Source of the DNA: Vitrella brassicaformis CCMP3155
Lineage: Eukaryota > Protista > Chromerida
Reading direction: 5' to 3'
Length of the DNA: 64,000 nucleotides
NCBI GenBank assembly: GCA_001179505.1
Contig: CDMY01000385.1
Coordinates: forward strand, 62,001 to 126,000
This document shows positions 10,961-23,788 of this stretch, piece by piece. The first letter of the stretch is position 1, and each line of letters starts with the position of its first letter. Both the position numbers and the translations under genes were made by a program. Below the pieces are notes generated by a model. It was not told where the DNA came from. It made no database searches and saw only the letters and a list, made by a program, of their open reading frames with translations.

Positions 10961-13900
10961 CCAGGTCGCTCGCCCATCCCTTTCAGTCACATTTATCCAT
11001 CAGTCCGGCACACAAGCACCGTCGCACACACATGAATTGGGGCACACACCAGCTGCACGAACCATCCGTCATACCCATCCATGAATGCACCCCACTCCAC
11101 CGGCTCCCTGCAACCCTGACCGACACGGAGAGAGAGAGAGAGAGAGTGAGGGAGAGAGCTGGCAGCTAGGCAGAGAGGGAGGGAGAGAGGGGGTCACAAA
11201 TAGGCGAAGTACTGCAAGCAATCAATACACGCGCCGGTAGTCAACGCATACATGTTCTACCGGCTCGATCAACAGACAGACAGACAGACAGGAAGGCAGG
11301 TCGATACTGGTGCATCAGGCAAGAAAATACAATTCTGACTCGCTCACAGTGAAGACACGTACACGGGCAAGTGGAGGCACGGCCATAGAGGCAGCCAAGC
11401 AGGCAGGCAGGCAGACAGGCGAATTAAGGCGACGGTTCTGGTTCTCTTCTTTTCAGGACGATCGGTCCACCCATGAATCCCACGTCCATCCATCTATCTG
11501 TCTGTCCAGTCACCATTCTTGTAAGCACGTGTTGCCAGGCAAGCACGTGATTCATGGGAGGGTGCTGTCACACCCTTCCCTTCCCAGCCAGGCACACAGA
11601 GAGGCAAGCAGGCAGTCAGGCCGATCTCCCAAGCAGAGAGAAAAAGATTCTGCTGCATACATGGAAGAGGAGAGAGGGCAAAGAGCGTACTGACTGTAGC
11701 AAAGAAAGGTCCATCGATGAATGATATGCTTGATATGACGGACGGACGGACGGACGGACGGGCGGATGGATGGATGGATTGTCGATGCACGCACATTCCA
11801 CACAGACAGATAGATGCAGTGACGCCACCACGGATGCACGCAGTAGGGCACGCACATAAACACTCAGATGATTGATGCACGCAACGCACATACAATGCAT
11901 TGACTAACACACTCAACAAACATCATGAATGAATGAAAGAGAGTGCCAATCAATCAATGAATCAACGGGGACTAAACCACTTTGTTTCTCTGCTTGCGTC
12001 AAGCCAATCAGTCAGCCACTCAACCCACCAGCCCGCCCGCCCGCCCACGTAAAGTCCCTCGCCCCCCTCCCTCCCTCCCTCCCTCTCTCTCTGTTTACGC
12101 TCTCTCGTAAGTCAGTGAGTTGTCTGTCCGTCTCCTGCCGTCCTCACTTAAACACAGGCAGACAGACAGACAGACAGGCAGGCGGGCATTCCAGCCAGCC
12201 ATCTTTGCTCCCATCCGTCCATCCACATGCAAAAAAGGCCTTACTCACATCACATCACATCGATGGTACATATACAGTCCACAAAACACCCATGGCTCGT
12301 ATGCACCGACGAAAGACCGACAGGATGGTCCATCCGTCCATCCATCCATCCGTGTCATTCGTTCGTCGCTGCTGGACAGCGACGCGAGTCATGTTCTTGG
12401 CGGCATACGCAGACAGACAGCTAGACAGAGAAGGTGTGTCATCACGCTGACTATGTGCTAACTACTAAGAAGGCAGCCTGGCTTGCTGGCTGGACATTTC
12501 AGCTCCCCTCCTGTCCTCTGTCTGTCTATCTGTCTCTCTGTCTGTCGTCTTGGCTTCTTACAAGAAGGATGAACGATGTACGCATGATACGGACATACCA
12601 AACACAGCACTAGGTGACACGGTTAACAAACGCATGAACCAGCACATGCACGCACGGTCAGTCATAAAAAGGCAGCATGTCCGTACGCATGTATGTGTGT
12701 ACGCCGAGTGAGTGAGTGAGTGAGTGGATGGATGGGCTGGCGAGTGGTGGCTGGCTGGCTGGCTGGCTGTTGTGTGTGCACCTACCTCCCCACCGACTCT
12801 CTCATTCACTCTTTTCAACGCGCCCCACCCACGCCCCCTCCTCCCACTCACTCTCGGCAACTCCATCCATCCATCCATCCAGACAAGCATATCAATCAAG
12901 AACACCTCCCTCTCTTTTTGCCTTGCCTGCCGTCGGGTCGTATGCGGCCTCTAGCGAGGAGTCAGTCAGCCATGACATAGCGCTTAAATGGTCGCACTTA
13001 TGTACTCATTCACTCGCACACAATACACACACAAAATACACACAACACACACAGACAGACACACTCACGCCAGGCTCAATACGATCGATCTTTACGGCAC
13101 AGCGGAACACCCCACCCGCCCCCCGCCCCCCGTGTGCAGAAAATACACAGAGGGCTGGCTGGTTGTCGGCTGTCTTCCATCGCCGATTGAGTCCCTCAGA
13201 CTCCCTCACACACCTTGATGAGCGATCCGCTATGGTAGCGGGACACACATGGAGGCGCGTGAGGAGTTCGAAGGAACTCAGGCGAACAAGACGCCCGCCG
13301 ACCATAGAAAGGAAGCGAAGAGGGAATCGGTCAATAAAAGGCCCACCGCTGCCAGGCGCTGCACTGCATTCATTCACTAAGCAATAATCAGTAATGGGGA
13401 AAAATGATCGATCACTCGATAGATTGATCCATCCCCGTTTGCTGTGTGTCGCCCCTCGGCTACCCTTCCCGCCTCTCCCCGTCCCGCCCACAAGAGTACG
13501 TAATCAAAGGATAAGAACAGAAATGTCATTGTGAAGAAGAAGGCAAGAACACGCCACCCAGCCAGCCAGCACCAACTACAACACAACACAACACAACACA
13601 CCACCCCCACGCACATTGACTGAATGAACTTAAGTGCCGACTTATCGTACGTACGCACGCACTGTGTGTAGTGTGGGTACCCCACCCCACCCACCACCCG
13701 CCATACGGCCCTCCCGTATACAATGTGCAAAACAGAGTGGATGCATGGATGGATGGATGGATGGATGCCCCCCGTAAAGAAATCGATAATAAGCGATAGT
13801 GCAAGTAGTGGCTGGCAAGTGACCAGCGGAGTGAGTGAGTGGGGGTACAAAGCAAAACCGACGCGACGATGCAGTCACTCATTCATTCACCAAACACAGA

Positions 13901-14168
13901 CAGGCAGGCACAGAAACTAGGTGCGTAAACACTCTGCACTGACCATATGACAAACCGCAATACCATCCATCACAAGTGTACATGTCGATGTGGGTGGGTG
14001 AGTGTCCTGCCTGCAGCCCCTATGCCATTCCACATTCGCTGCCTGGCTGGCCAAACAAGCCATCCATCCAACCATGAATCCCAGCCCCATGGTCAGTCAA
14101 GTCAATCAATCACCCCGACAGTCCCTCCCCCTCCACCCCTCCTGGTGCCACAGCGCGTCGTCAGTCGA

Positions 14169-15865
14169 TCATCTTCTCGCCACCCGCGGCGATGACCACC
14201 CGTGGCTGGTTGGCGCATGGTGAGGCGGATGGGGCGGTGTGTAAAAGTGTGAGTGTGGTGGCGGCACAATGGCAATCGTACGGCCGGGAAGCAGTGGGGG
14301 CGGCGGCGGCGGCGGCGGGATCGACGGAGGGGCGGGCAGCTGCTGATGAAATGGGTGGTGGTGGATGAGTGACGATGATGATGACCCCCTTATTGGCTCC
14401 TCTCCCATCTCGCTCGGTGTCTCGGTGGTGGTCGTCGTGCGACTGATGGGATGTGACGACACGGGCGTGTGGTGGAGGGGGTGGGGGCGGGCCGGTGTGA
14501 ACGGCGCTGCCGCCGAAGACGGTGACATGTCATCAGACTGAAGAATGCATGGAAAGAGACAAAAAGGGAGTCACACGGGTGGGAGTCTTTCTATATTTAC
14601 CAACCTGGTTTTGTGCCTGCCGCAGGGCTTTGAGGAATTGTCGCTGTTTCTTCGACGGCCGGGGTGGCTTCTTGCGCGGCGTGTGGTTGAAGTGGCAGAA
14701 CTGGCAGCTGATGCCGTTGGCACAGCCGCCCTTGCCGATGTTGTTGACAAACACACACGGCTTGCAGGCCCCCTGGTGGTGGCCTATCGACCCGACACTC
14801 AGCAGCTTGCCCGTGGTGGGGTCCCGCGGCACCAGCTGCAGCAGCTCCTGACGGGTCATGCACGACACGTCCGGCAGCCGCGGGCTCATGCCGCCCCTAC
14901 CCCTCTCGCCACGGAACCACGGCCCGTGATGATGCTGAAACGCCCCCCGACCCGGCCCCGAACGATACGGCGACGCGAGCCTGACGAGCAGTATACATAC
15001 ACATTGGGTCTTTTCTCCGCACTGCGGTTGGGTGTCCCAATCTTGCGCACTCACCGCTCTGATGTGGCGCCCTCTGGGCTGGTGATTGGCGACGGGTGTG
15101 TCGGGTGTGGCGGGGAGGGGGAGGGGGTAGTCAGCGGCGATGTGTTCAGAGGCGTGTGGCGCTCCGGCGACGAAAGACCCTCGCTGACACACACCACAGA
15201 CCACACAAGACGACAAAGACAAACATCGGCTCACCGACGTGCGTCGACTAATGTGCTGTCTGTCGTTGCAGGCCGCTCACCTGATCATCTGAGGAGACGA
15301 CTGGCCCGCCACGTCCACCTCTGACATCGAACCAACCAGCCGATACTTGACTCTGGAGTCCTCGAAGAATAACACAGACGCCGGAAGGTCGATCTTGAGA
15401 CGCTTGGCGCGGTTGCGGAGCGCCACAGTGAGGGCGGCAGACGAGGGAGAGGGCGGCGGCACATCTGGCTGGATGTCGATGCCATCATCCTCCTGAAGGG
15501 CGAGAGATGGCTGCGGGGCGCACAGTGTGAGGTGGTGCAGGGGGGTGTGAAGGGTCACTCGCGCAACGGGAGTCGGCCGATACAGGGCCGCTGCAACACA
15601 CAGACAGCAGACAGCCACACAGACAGACAGTCAGATGCCGTTGTCACTGCAGTGCGCTTGTTGCGTTATCTGTGTCTGCTCACTCACCCAGCAGCGACCT
15701 CGTGAGGGGGTCGGTGGTAGAATCCAAGAGCTCACAGGAGCGGGCCGTGCGCAGGTGCTCAGCGTTGGTGTTTGTGCAGTCAGGAGGTGCGAAGGAGAGG
15801 AAGGTGTTGACAATGCGGGGAGTCCAAGATAATGCAGCTGGGGGGGGCGAGAGTGAGGTCGACAT
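14169..15865 (-). CDS. CCCH (C3H1)-type zinc-finger protein with extended SxGSxxHxxGxCKPC motif; probable RNA-binding protein
   Basis: ATG at 15865 (MSTSLSPPPAALSWTPRIVNTFLSF). Phase-consistent exons lead to LSVGSIGHHQGACKPCVFVNNIGKGGCANGISCQFCHFNHTPRKKPPRPSKKQR (C-x10-C-x5-C-x3-H). A Pro/His-rich last exon ends at 14169. Confidence 0.8.
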
Positions 15866-16020
15866 TCCGGCATCACGCCTTCTTGGAAATCCCTTCCCTC
15901 CCAGAGTGCGAGCTTGCAAAAGCCGACTCGATGGGAGGTTCCGCGCGCTGATCTGGGCTGGAAGGGCATGGATTGGGCTGCACTCGTAAGCGCTGGCTCG
16001 ATGGGCGAGGCTCAGGCTCG
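15866..16020. promoter_or_regulatory. Putative bidirectional promoter (155 nt between divergent ATGs)
   Basis: ATG at 15865 (-) and ATG at 16021 (+). Confidence 0.55.
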
Positions 16021-19000
16021 ATGAACAGAGGAAAGACACAGCGCACCGCCTCTGACATTGCGGGCATCTGCGGTCATGATCTCGTGCTGCTGGTGGTGGT
16101 GATGATGGTCATACTCAGCGGCGTGGTTGCGGCCGGTCTGTCAACTCCCTCCTCAACCTCTTCCTTTATCGCCCATCCATCTCTTGTGCCATCAAGCGGC
16201 AGCAACGACCTACCGCATCGCCACGACAGACGGCCTGGACACACTGGTCTGTCAGCAACAGTTCATCACCCACCCCGGCCGCCACAGCCACAGCCACAAG
16301 TGGTCCCATCGCCATCGCCGCATCCACCTGAGCGTCACTGGCCGTCGCCACTCAAGGTGCTGCGAGACCGTCGGAAGCAGCAGAAGGCTTCCCGTGAGAT
16401 GTCTGAGCGGACCCCCGTGTCCATCACCCTCTATGCCGCCCACACGGCAGCCGGGCAGGGCAACGCGGCTGAGGCGCTGCGGCAACTGTCGCTGGCTTGT
16501 AACTACACGGCCAGTGCTGTCAAGCTGCAGACGTCCTTCCTCCCCGCCTGCAGCCGCATCCTCAAGACACTCGTGGAGCGGTGCGGCCTGCAGGCGGGGC
16601 TCGACGCGCTCGACGTCATGGAGCGTGCGGCCATCAAGCCGGATGCGCCGATTTTCACCATCCTGATAGCCAGGCTGGGGGCGGCCAGGCAGGTGCGGGC
16701 GGTGGAGAGGGTGTGGGAGCGGGTCAGGGGGAGCGTGCAGGTGGACCTGCGGCTGTACAATGCCTACATGGCCGCCATGGCCAAGTGTGGCCGCGTGAAT
16801 GAGGTCCTAAAGGCATTCAAAGAGGTAGGTATGGTATGCAGCAAGTCATAATGAATGAAGACAAACAAGAGAGGCCGAAGGATCAGCATGTGTGTGTGTG
16901 TGTGTGTGTGTGTGTGGTGTCATATATATAGATGGAGGCGTCGGGGCTGCGTGGTGACGTGGTGAGCTTCTGCTCTGTCATGAACGCACACGCCAAGACG
17001 GGAGACTTCGCCAAGTCAGTCAGTGAGGGAAGGAAGAACATAAGCACATCAGTCAACAGCGCAGCACAGCCATGTAGGTCTTCTCGCTTCGCTTGTGTGT
17101 CATTCCTCTCTTCTTCCCTCTCTGTGTGGGCTGGGCAACATATATGATAGGGCCAACGACACATTCGCTTTGATGGTGTCGCGTGGAGTGTCGCCCAACG
17201 AGCGGGCCTACTCCATACTCATCGACGCGTACGCGCAGTGGGGACACGTTGACAAGGCTTTCCAAGTGCTGCAGGACATGGTGAATGACCCCACACACAC
17301 ATGGACATGGACATGGACATGGACATGGACACACATATATCAGCAACTGGTGAATGCGGTTGTCTCTCTTGGTGTGTTTGGTTCTGTCTGTCTGTTTAGG
17401 AGAGCCGTGCGGAGGACGGGAGCAGCTGCATGCCCAATGCGGTCACCTATTCGTCGCTCATCAAGGCCTGTGGGCGGGGCGGGCAGGTCAACCTCGCCAT
17501 ACAAACATTCACCCGAATGAAGAATGCGGTAGGTAATTGTGTGTGCACGTCACTCAAAGATGTTGGTCTGGTTTGGTGTGGGTGTGGTTGTGGTTTGGGC
17601 AGGGTATCGAGCCCAATGTGGTGACGTGGACGGCCCTGATTGACGCGTGCGGCAAGGGTGGCCGCATCGACCTCGCACACGCGCTGTTCCACGAGATGAT
17701 CAACAGAGGGGTGCCGCCAAACATGTAAGACATCACGTCACATCGCGTAGAGAGAGGGAGGGAGGGAGCACAGACAGCAACGGCAGGCAAGGCAAGGAGG
17801 ATAAGCGAATTCCTCGTTTCCAATGGCCGTCGGCCCCACCGGCAGGCAGCCAATGAGGCCAAATACTCATCATCACTTTGAACTGAGCCTCACTCATACG
17901 TCTTTGTGTCCACCTGTAGCAAGCATGTTGACACATGTGGATGCATCGCCCCTACGTGCCTCCCTCCCTGTGTGTGTCAGGGTGACGTGCAGTGCCATGA
18001 TTTCGGCTTTTGTCAAGAAGGGCGAGATGGACATCGCCTTCGAGGTGAAGGAAAGAAAATTCACAAAGAGGAATGAATCCCTCTGTCTACGTCTGTTGCC
18101 CCACCGGCGCATCTGTCTGTCTGTGTGTCTGTGTGTGGCACACACAGGTGTTCGACTACATGCGGGACGCGGGCCTGAGGCCTTCACAGGTCACCTATGG
18201 ATCGCTCCTGCACGCATGTGTCAGCAGGGGAGAGGTCGAACGGGTGGGCAAGGCAACCCCACAACACAACCAACCGCCAAAACACACATCCATCCAACGA
18301 GTGTCTGTCTGTTTATGTGTCTGTCTGTGTCTGTCAGGCGGCATCGTTGGCTCAGTTTATGAAGGACCACGACGTCAGCATTCAGTCCAATCTCACACGG
18401 CCCCTCATGCAGTCAGTCACACACACCACACAATATCAGGACTCTCCCCCACTCGCCGGCCTCTCTCTCTCTCTGCCTGTGTCTGCCTGTGTCTGTCTGT
18501 GTGCCATGCAGGATGTTCAGCCAGGCGCGTCTGTTGAACCGTGCCTTCGACATGTTCGAGCGCATGATCCAGCAGCGGCAGGCCCCCGACCAGGCCACAC
18601 TGCAGACCCTCTTCGACGCCATCGACACCGGCAGGGAGCTGAACCGCGCCGCAGAGCTTTTCGGCCGCATGCGGGAGTCCACCCACATCAGCCGCGTGAC
18701 GTATAGTGCGGTGCTGGGGGCGTGCAGGCGGGCCAGGACGATCGTCAAGGCATTCTTGCTCTTCAAAGACATGATGGTGGGGGGGGAGCTTGTCGAGACA
18801 CCCGTAGCGGGCGGCTCATGTGTGTGTGAGTGCATCTGTCTGTGTGGGTGTTTGTTGTGTGCAGGCTGCCGGTGTGACGCCTGGCGAGTCGGAGTATCTT
18901 TCGCTCATGGAGGCCTGCAGGGAGGTCAAAGACTTCGAGTCAGCCATCGAGGTGATCGAATAGAAAGACTTACATCGAATAGAAAGACTTAAACAGCGAG

Positions 19001-20316
19001 GAAATGAGCACATGAGGTTTGAGCAAATGAGGGCACCTGACCTTACTGCGTTCTGCTGGCCTCTCTGTTTGTGTGTGTCATGACACATCACACACACAGG
19101 TGTTTGCTGACGCCAAGCAGCAGGGCGTGCAGCCGGACGTCCACATGTACACGGCCCTCATGCGGACCGTCAGCGACGAGTTCAGACGCAGGGCGGCCCG
19201 CAAGCTCAACAGACACAGACAAATCGCCGACACTCCCATCACGGAGCCATCGCAGACACCCGACACTTCCCTCGATCGACTCCCTCCATCCCCATCCCCC
19301 GCCCAATTCCCGTGGAACGCCGCCATGTCTTCAGTCGACCTGCGGCAAGGCAAGAAGCTGAGCCCTCCGCGTGACGTGCTGGACAGAAGGAAGAAGCGGG
19401 CGGAACCGTCTCCACCAGAGCGACGAGTTGAGGCTGAGGCCCTCCCGGCCTCCGCGCCACCCTCTGTGGCTTTAGGTCTGTCCCGCCCCCGCCTGCGTCA
19501 CCTTGACAGCATGGCTTATTCGCTGGAGGAGCAGCACTACTACCGCGAGAATCTCTTTCGCATCTTCTTGGTGTTCCAGGAGATGCAGAGCAGCGGCGTG
19601 CAGCCCGACCTGTGTGCCTACAACACGCTGCTGGACGCCTGTGGCCGGGCGGGAGAAGTCGAAAAGGCAATGGAAGTCTTCAAAAGGTCAGCCAGTCCTT
19701 GGCTGGCTGTTCCTGAGTCGTGTGTGAAGTGAATCGACCGTCCCTCTCTCTCTCTCTCTCTCTCTTTGTTTATGTGCAGGCTGGTGTCAGAGGGTCTGGA
19801 GCCCGACTACGTGACCTACACCACGCTGATCAAAACGTTCGGCATAGCCGGCATGGTGGACCGTGCAGAAGAGGTCTTCACGGCCATGCAGCAGCGCACC
19901 AACCACTTCGCCAGCTGCGTGCTGCCCAGCGAGCTCACCTTCAAGCAGCTCATGCTGGCCAACCGCAATGCGTACCGACTCAGGCGGGTGTTCGAGCTCT
20001 TTGACATGATGCAGAGGCAGCACGGCATCCGGCCGACACTGAGGACGGGGGCGATCGCCATTCAGCTGGCGTGTGAGGTCAAGCAGGTCGAGAGGGCCTT
20101 GGACATCTACCGCACTCTCACAGTGAGGGCAGTGAGTGCTGGTGGGGAGGGGCGAATGAATGGATGAACAGATGCCGTATCACTGTGTGTGTGCCCCATC
20201 AGGCGAATCGGGTGCGTTTGGACAATCGGTCGCTGCACGCGCTGCTGTCTCTTCTCAACGAGAAGGGCCTCCACGACATGGCCAGCCGGATACGGCAGCA
20301 GCGAAGCCTCATGTGA
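16021..20316 (+). CDS. Pentatricopeptide repeat (PPR) protein, about 16-17 repeats, with N-terminal signal peptide plus transit-peptide-like leader
   Basis: Repeats include TYSSLIKACGRGGQVNLAIQTFTRMKNAGIEPNVV, TWTALIDACGKGGRIDLAHALFHEMINRGVPPN and AYNTLLDACGRAGEVEKAMEVF. The hydrophobic stretch LVLLVVVMMVILSGVVAAG is followed by an S/T/P/H-rich, acid-poor segment. TGA at 20314-20316. Confidence 0.92.
17301..17330 (+). repeat. (ATGGAC)5 hexanucleotide array in a PPR intron
   Basis: Read directly; lies within intron 17281-17399. Confidence 0.9.
18955..18991 (+). repeat. 19-bp tandem duplication (atcgaatagaaagacttac) at the start of a PPR intron
   Basis: Two copies at 18955-18972 and 18974-18991. 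Confidence 0.85.
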
Positions 20317-20832
20317 CCGACGAGAGAGATCGGTGCGACGTAGCCGGCCAGCCTTCTCCACGTACTTATCAGTTTTCCATCTGCTGGCTGGTGCGGTGTC
20401 TTGTGGTGTGCCCCACCCCAAAGGGAAGACGAGACACACACACATGACAGACAGACACAGCCAGCGGATGCACTCTCACACAGAAACAGGCTGGCTGGCT
20501 GCATGCACGGGCAGAGAGAGAGAGAGAAATACGTGGGGCGTTGTGTTGTGTTATGGTCCGTTTAATGAAGCCCGATTGTTTGGTTTTGTCGGACGAGGGA
20601 AGGATGGCGCTTTTCCTTAGTAGGGGGAGGAGGAGGGCTCTGTGTGTGTGTGTGTGCTGTCCCTCTATAGTAGATAGAGAGGTCGATGGATGGCGAGATT
20701 GCATGCCATGTCACGTACGTACAGACTACAGTCTCACAGAAACCGGTATGTAAAAGTGAAGACAAGTCATGTCAGTCGTCTCTTGTGTCGCTTTGCACGA
20801 TGGGCACATGAGCACTAGAGACACCACACAGG

Positions 20833-20870
<38 letters not shown>

Positions 20871-21440
20871 CTCACACACTCACAGACACCTTACTGCCTG
20901 GTGGCTATCACACAGAAATGGCTCACACAAGAGTGCGTGTGGGTTTGGCCTTCGATCCACGCTATCCGGATGGATGGAGTGGATGGATCTGCCAGAGACC
21001 ATCGACACAGACATGCATTCATTCATTCATTCATTATCTCGTCATATCGCCCTATACTGTACGCCTTTGGGCACACACGGGTGTGGTGTGTGTATTGTAT
21101 GTCAGCACACAAAAATGGCCGTGCGTTGGGGGGCGGGGCAGGGCAGCGCAGCGCAGCCAAGGTAACATAAAATGGGAAGGAAAAACGACACGCACCACGA
21201 CACAACACAACACACAGGCACACACAGAAAGACCGAAGGAAGAAAATCCCTCTTCATCATAATTCCCAACACACGGTGTGCGATATCTCTCTCCCTCTCT
21301 CTCCCTCCCTCCCTCACACAGCCACGTAAACCAGCCAGATGATCTCTCCAACCAACTAGTGCAGCAGGCAGCGAGTGAATTATGTGTATGTCTATGTGTG
21401 TATGAATTCATATCGGTCAGTGAGTGAGTGAGTCGTCTGT

Positions 21441-23371
21441 CTAGTCGGGGCCTTCACGTCTGTCGCTGCTGACCGTACGTAATCGGTGGGTGACGCCCAG
21501 CTCAGCAGCCATGGGCGACCTGATGCTCGATTTGATGAACTGCTGGTCGTCCCCCACTATCTGCCTGTAACTCAGCACGACGTCATCATTGCCGTCCAGC
21601 CGCCAATCCACCTCCCCGTTGATCTCTTTCTCAAACTTGTGCTGGTTGAACCTGCAGGCAGGCAACACCACACAGCACAGCACAGCCAGGGGGTTGGGTC
21701 CACGGATCAATCAGCGCGCGTGTGCGCCATTCATATGCATGAATTCTCTTGCTAACCAGAATATGGCCCTTATCAGGTGATGGTCTTGCGACCAGCCGTA
21801 GACCTGCCGCATCCACGCAGTCTTGATGGCCGCCTGAATGCAATGCAGCCAGCCACAAATCAAATCAGGCCAAGTTAGCAAGGGAGGGCAACGGTGCCCC
21901 CACGCACCTCTGAGGCGCCCAGGCGATCGGTATTGAACAGTGCCGCCGTTTCGGATATCATCATGGGTTTGTTGAGCCTTTGCGTGACGTTGGCATAGAA
22001 GGTGAGGACTGCGTCGCGGAACATGCGTGTCTTGGGCAGGGTGTTGTAGCCCGGCGCGCACACTCCGTCCGGCTCCTCACACCCCCAGTAATACACACTG
22101 GGGGGGGAGATGGGATGGATCCGATCGATCCGCCCACACATACCATACACACGTCGGTTTGTGAGATTTGGCGAATCGTTGTCTCGGTCACGTGTGTGTG
22201 TGTGTGTGTGAGTCAAAGTCACCAGTCACCTCACCTCATGCCGACCCAGTCGACCAGGTCTTGGTCTGGCAAGAATTGCCAGAATGCGTCATCCACAATG
22301 TCCCCATCTTGGTCGATGGAGGCATTGTAGTAGGGACCCTCGGGCCATGGAAAACCCCACCTGAATGAAATGAACCAAACAAACAGAGATGGATGAATGG
22401 ACAGCAAACCGGCCGTCCCGTCCCCCTCCTGACTTACTCTAGGTTAGGGGTCCACACCATCGCCACGTGGCTCGTTCGGTTCTTCATGATTCGAGCGAAC
22501 TCGTTGAACTTTGCAATGTACAGATCCGGTTGCTGGCCCCTGCAGGCACGACAAGGTAACAGGACGGCCACCTCAGCCTGTGCGTCCGCGGTCGATTGAG
22601 CCGGTACTACCGACTCACTCACTCACCATGGGTACCAGCTGCCGTTCATTTCGTGGTTATAGCGGATGAATATGGGCACGGTGTCGTTCCACTTGTTCAG
22701 GAAATCGGCCAGGTACTCGACGTGCTTGGCGGTGTAATTGTTGAGCCCTGTGGCCCGCACCGCAGCATGTCCCACACACACACACACACACACACGCAGA
22801 GCCGTTTGCAGAGGTTTGTGTCTGTGGGCTGGCTGGGCTGTGCGTACCGCCCATGGTTTCCAGTGTCAGTGCCGCCATGGCGCCATTCTCCCGACACTCC
22901 TCGAGGAAGAGATGGGCCTTCGCCCTCTCTGTCCAATTGACCACGATGTTGGGGAACGGAACAAACCGGAGGAAAGCTGCGTGCCTGAGAGTGAGCGAGT
23001 GCAGTGCACCACACAGCGGATTTTGGATACACACGTGTGTGTGTGTGTGTGTGTGTGCAGGGCCGGACGGGTGGCTCGCTCACTCAATTCGTGTGTGGGC
23101 GTTGAAACTGGCCAGGCTCTCGTTTGCCTGCAAGGCGAGAGCCAACACACAAGCAACAGTGAGCAAGAGAGCAGGGGCCTGGACTGGCTTCTGCGTCGAA
23201 GAGGCTGACCGGGAGGATGGCGCCCAGAATGATGCCGTTGCGGGAGCGGGAGGGTAGTGTGCCACCGTGGGGGGGTCCAATCCGTCCCATGGTCTGACTC
23301 CAGAAGCCCTCCAGAAACAAGGAGAAAAGGACAAGCAAGCTGAGGGGATTCTGGCGTAGGGGCATCCTCAT
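21441..23371 (-). CDS. Secreted glycoside hydrolase family 26 (beta-mannanase / beta-glucanase / xylanase-type)
   Basis: Signal-peptide-like N-terminus MRMPLRQNPLSLLVLFSLFLEGFWS. Spliced ORF contains the acid/base motif FIRYNHEMNGSWYPW, then AMVWTPN, DLVDWVGMSVY, nucleophile motif KPMMISETAA and RAIFWFNQHK. TAG at 21441. Confidence 0.9.
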
Positions 23372-23788
23372 CAAGGCGTCGCAGCTGAGTCACAGCACCG
23401 CGTTGTCTTTATTATGTGTGCGCTTCGATGGCAATGCGATGGCTCGCTTGCTTCCAACGGCTTTACACAGTGTTCACTTGGCCAGGATGTATGAGTATCA
23501 CTCAGTGTTCATCTGATGTCATTCATTGGCTGAGAAGAGACTGACGCAGGCAATGCCAACATGAAAGCACCCATCATGAGCGCGCGAAAGAACAGACACC
23601 ATCCCCCCTGGAAGTACATACATGCCGCGGACCAAACGCATCAAGACATCAAGAGCTGAGCTCCGTATACACAGATGAGGGAAGTGCTGCCGCAACCAAG
23701 ACAGAACCAGAGACAAACGCACGGAGAAAACAACACCTCTTCCTTTCCCTCTCCCTTCCCTTGCAACCCGAGAAGCCTACACCCGCCA

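Larger units (their letters stand above)
10000..14100. repeat. Microsatellite-rich gene-free interval ((CA)n, (GACA)n, (CATC)n, (GCCA)n, (GA)n)
   Basis: Dense short tandem arrays. Six-frame ORFs here are repeat translations with no recognisable domains. Confidence 0.7.

Noticed and set aside
12940-13340. Possible small minus-strand gene (MVGGRLVRLSSFELL...) and two 6-bp hairpins
   Set aside because: No phase-consistent multi-exon model, no homology recognised, and stems are short enough to be chance.
15235-15247. 13-nt micro-exon in the zinc-finger gene
   Set aside because: It would need a 33-nt intron. A single intron (15280-15187) plus an intron near 15054-14981 gives a consistent frame without it.
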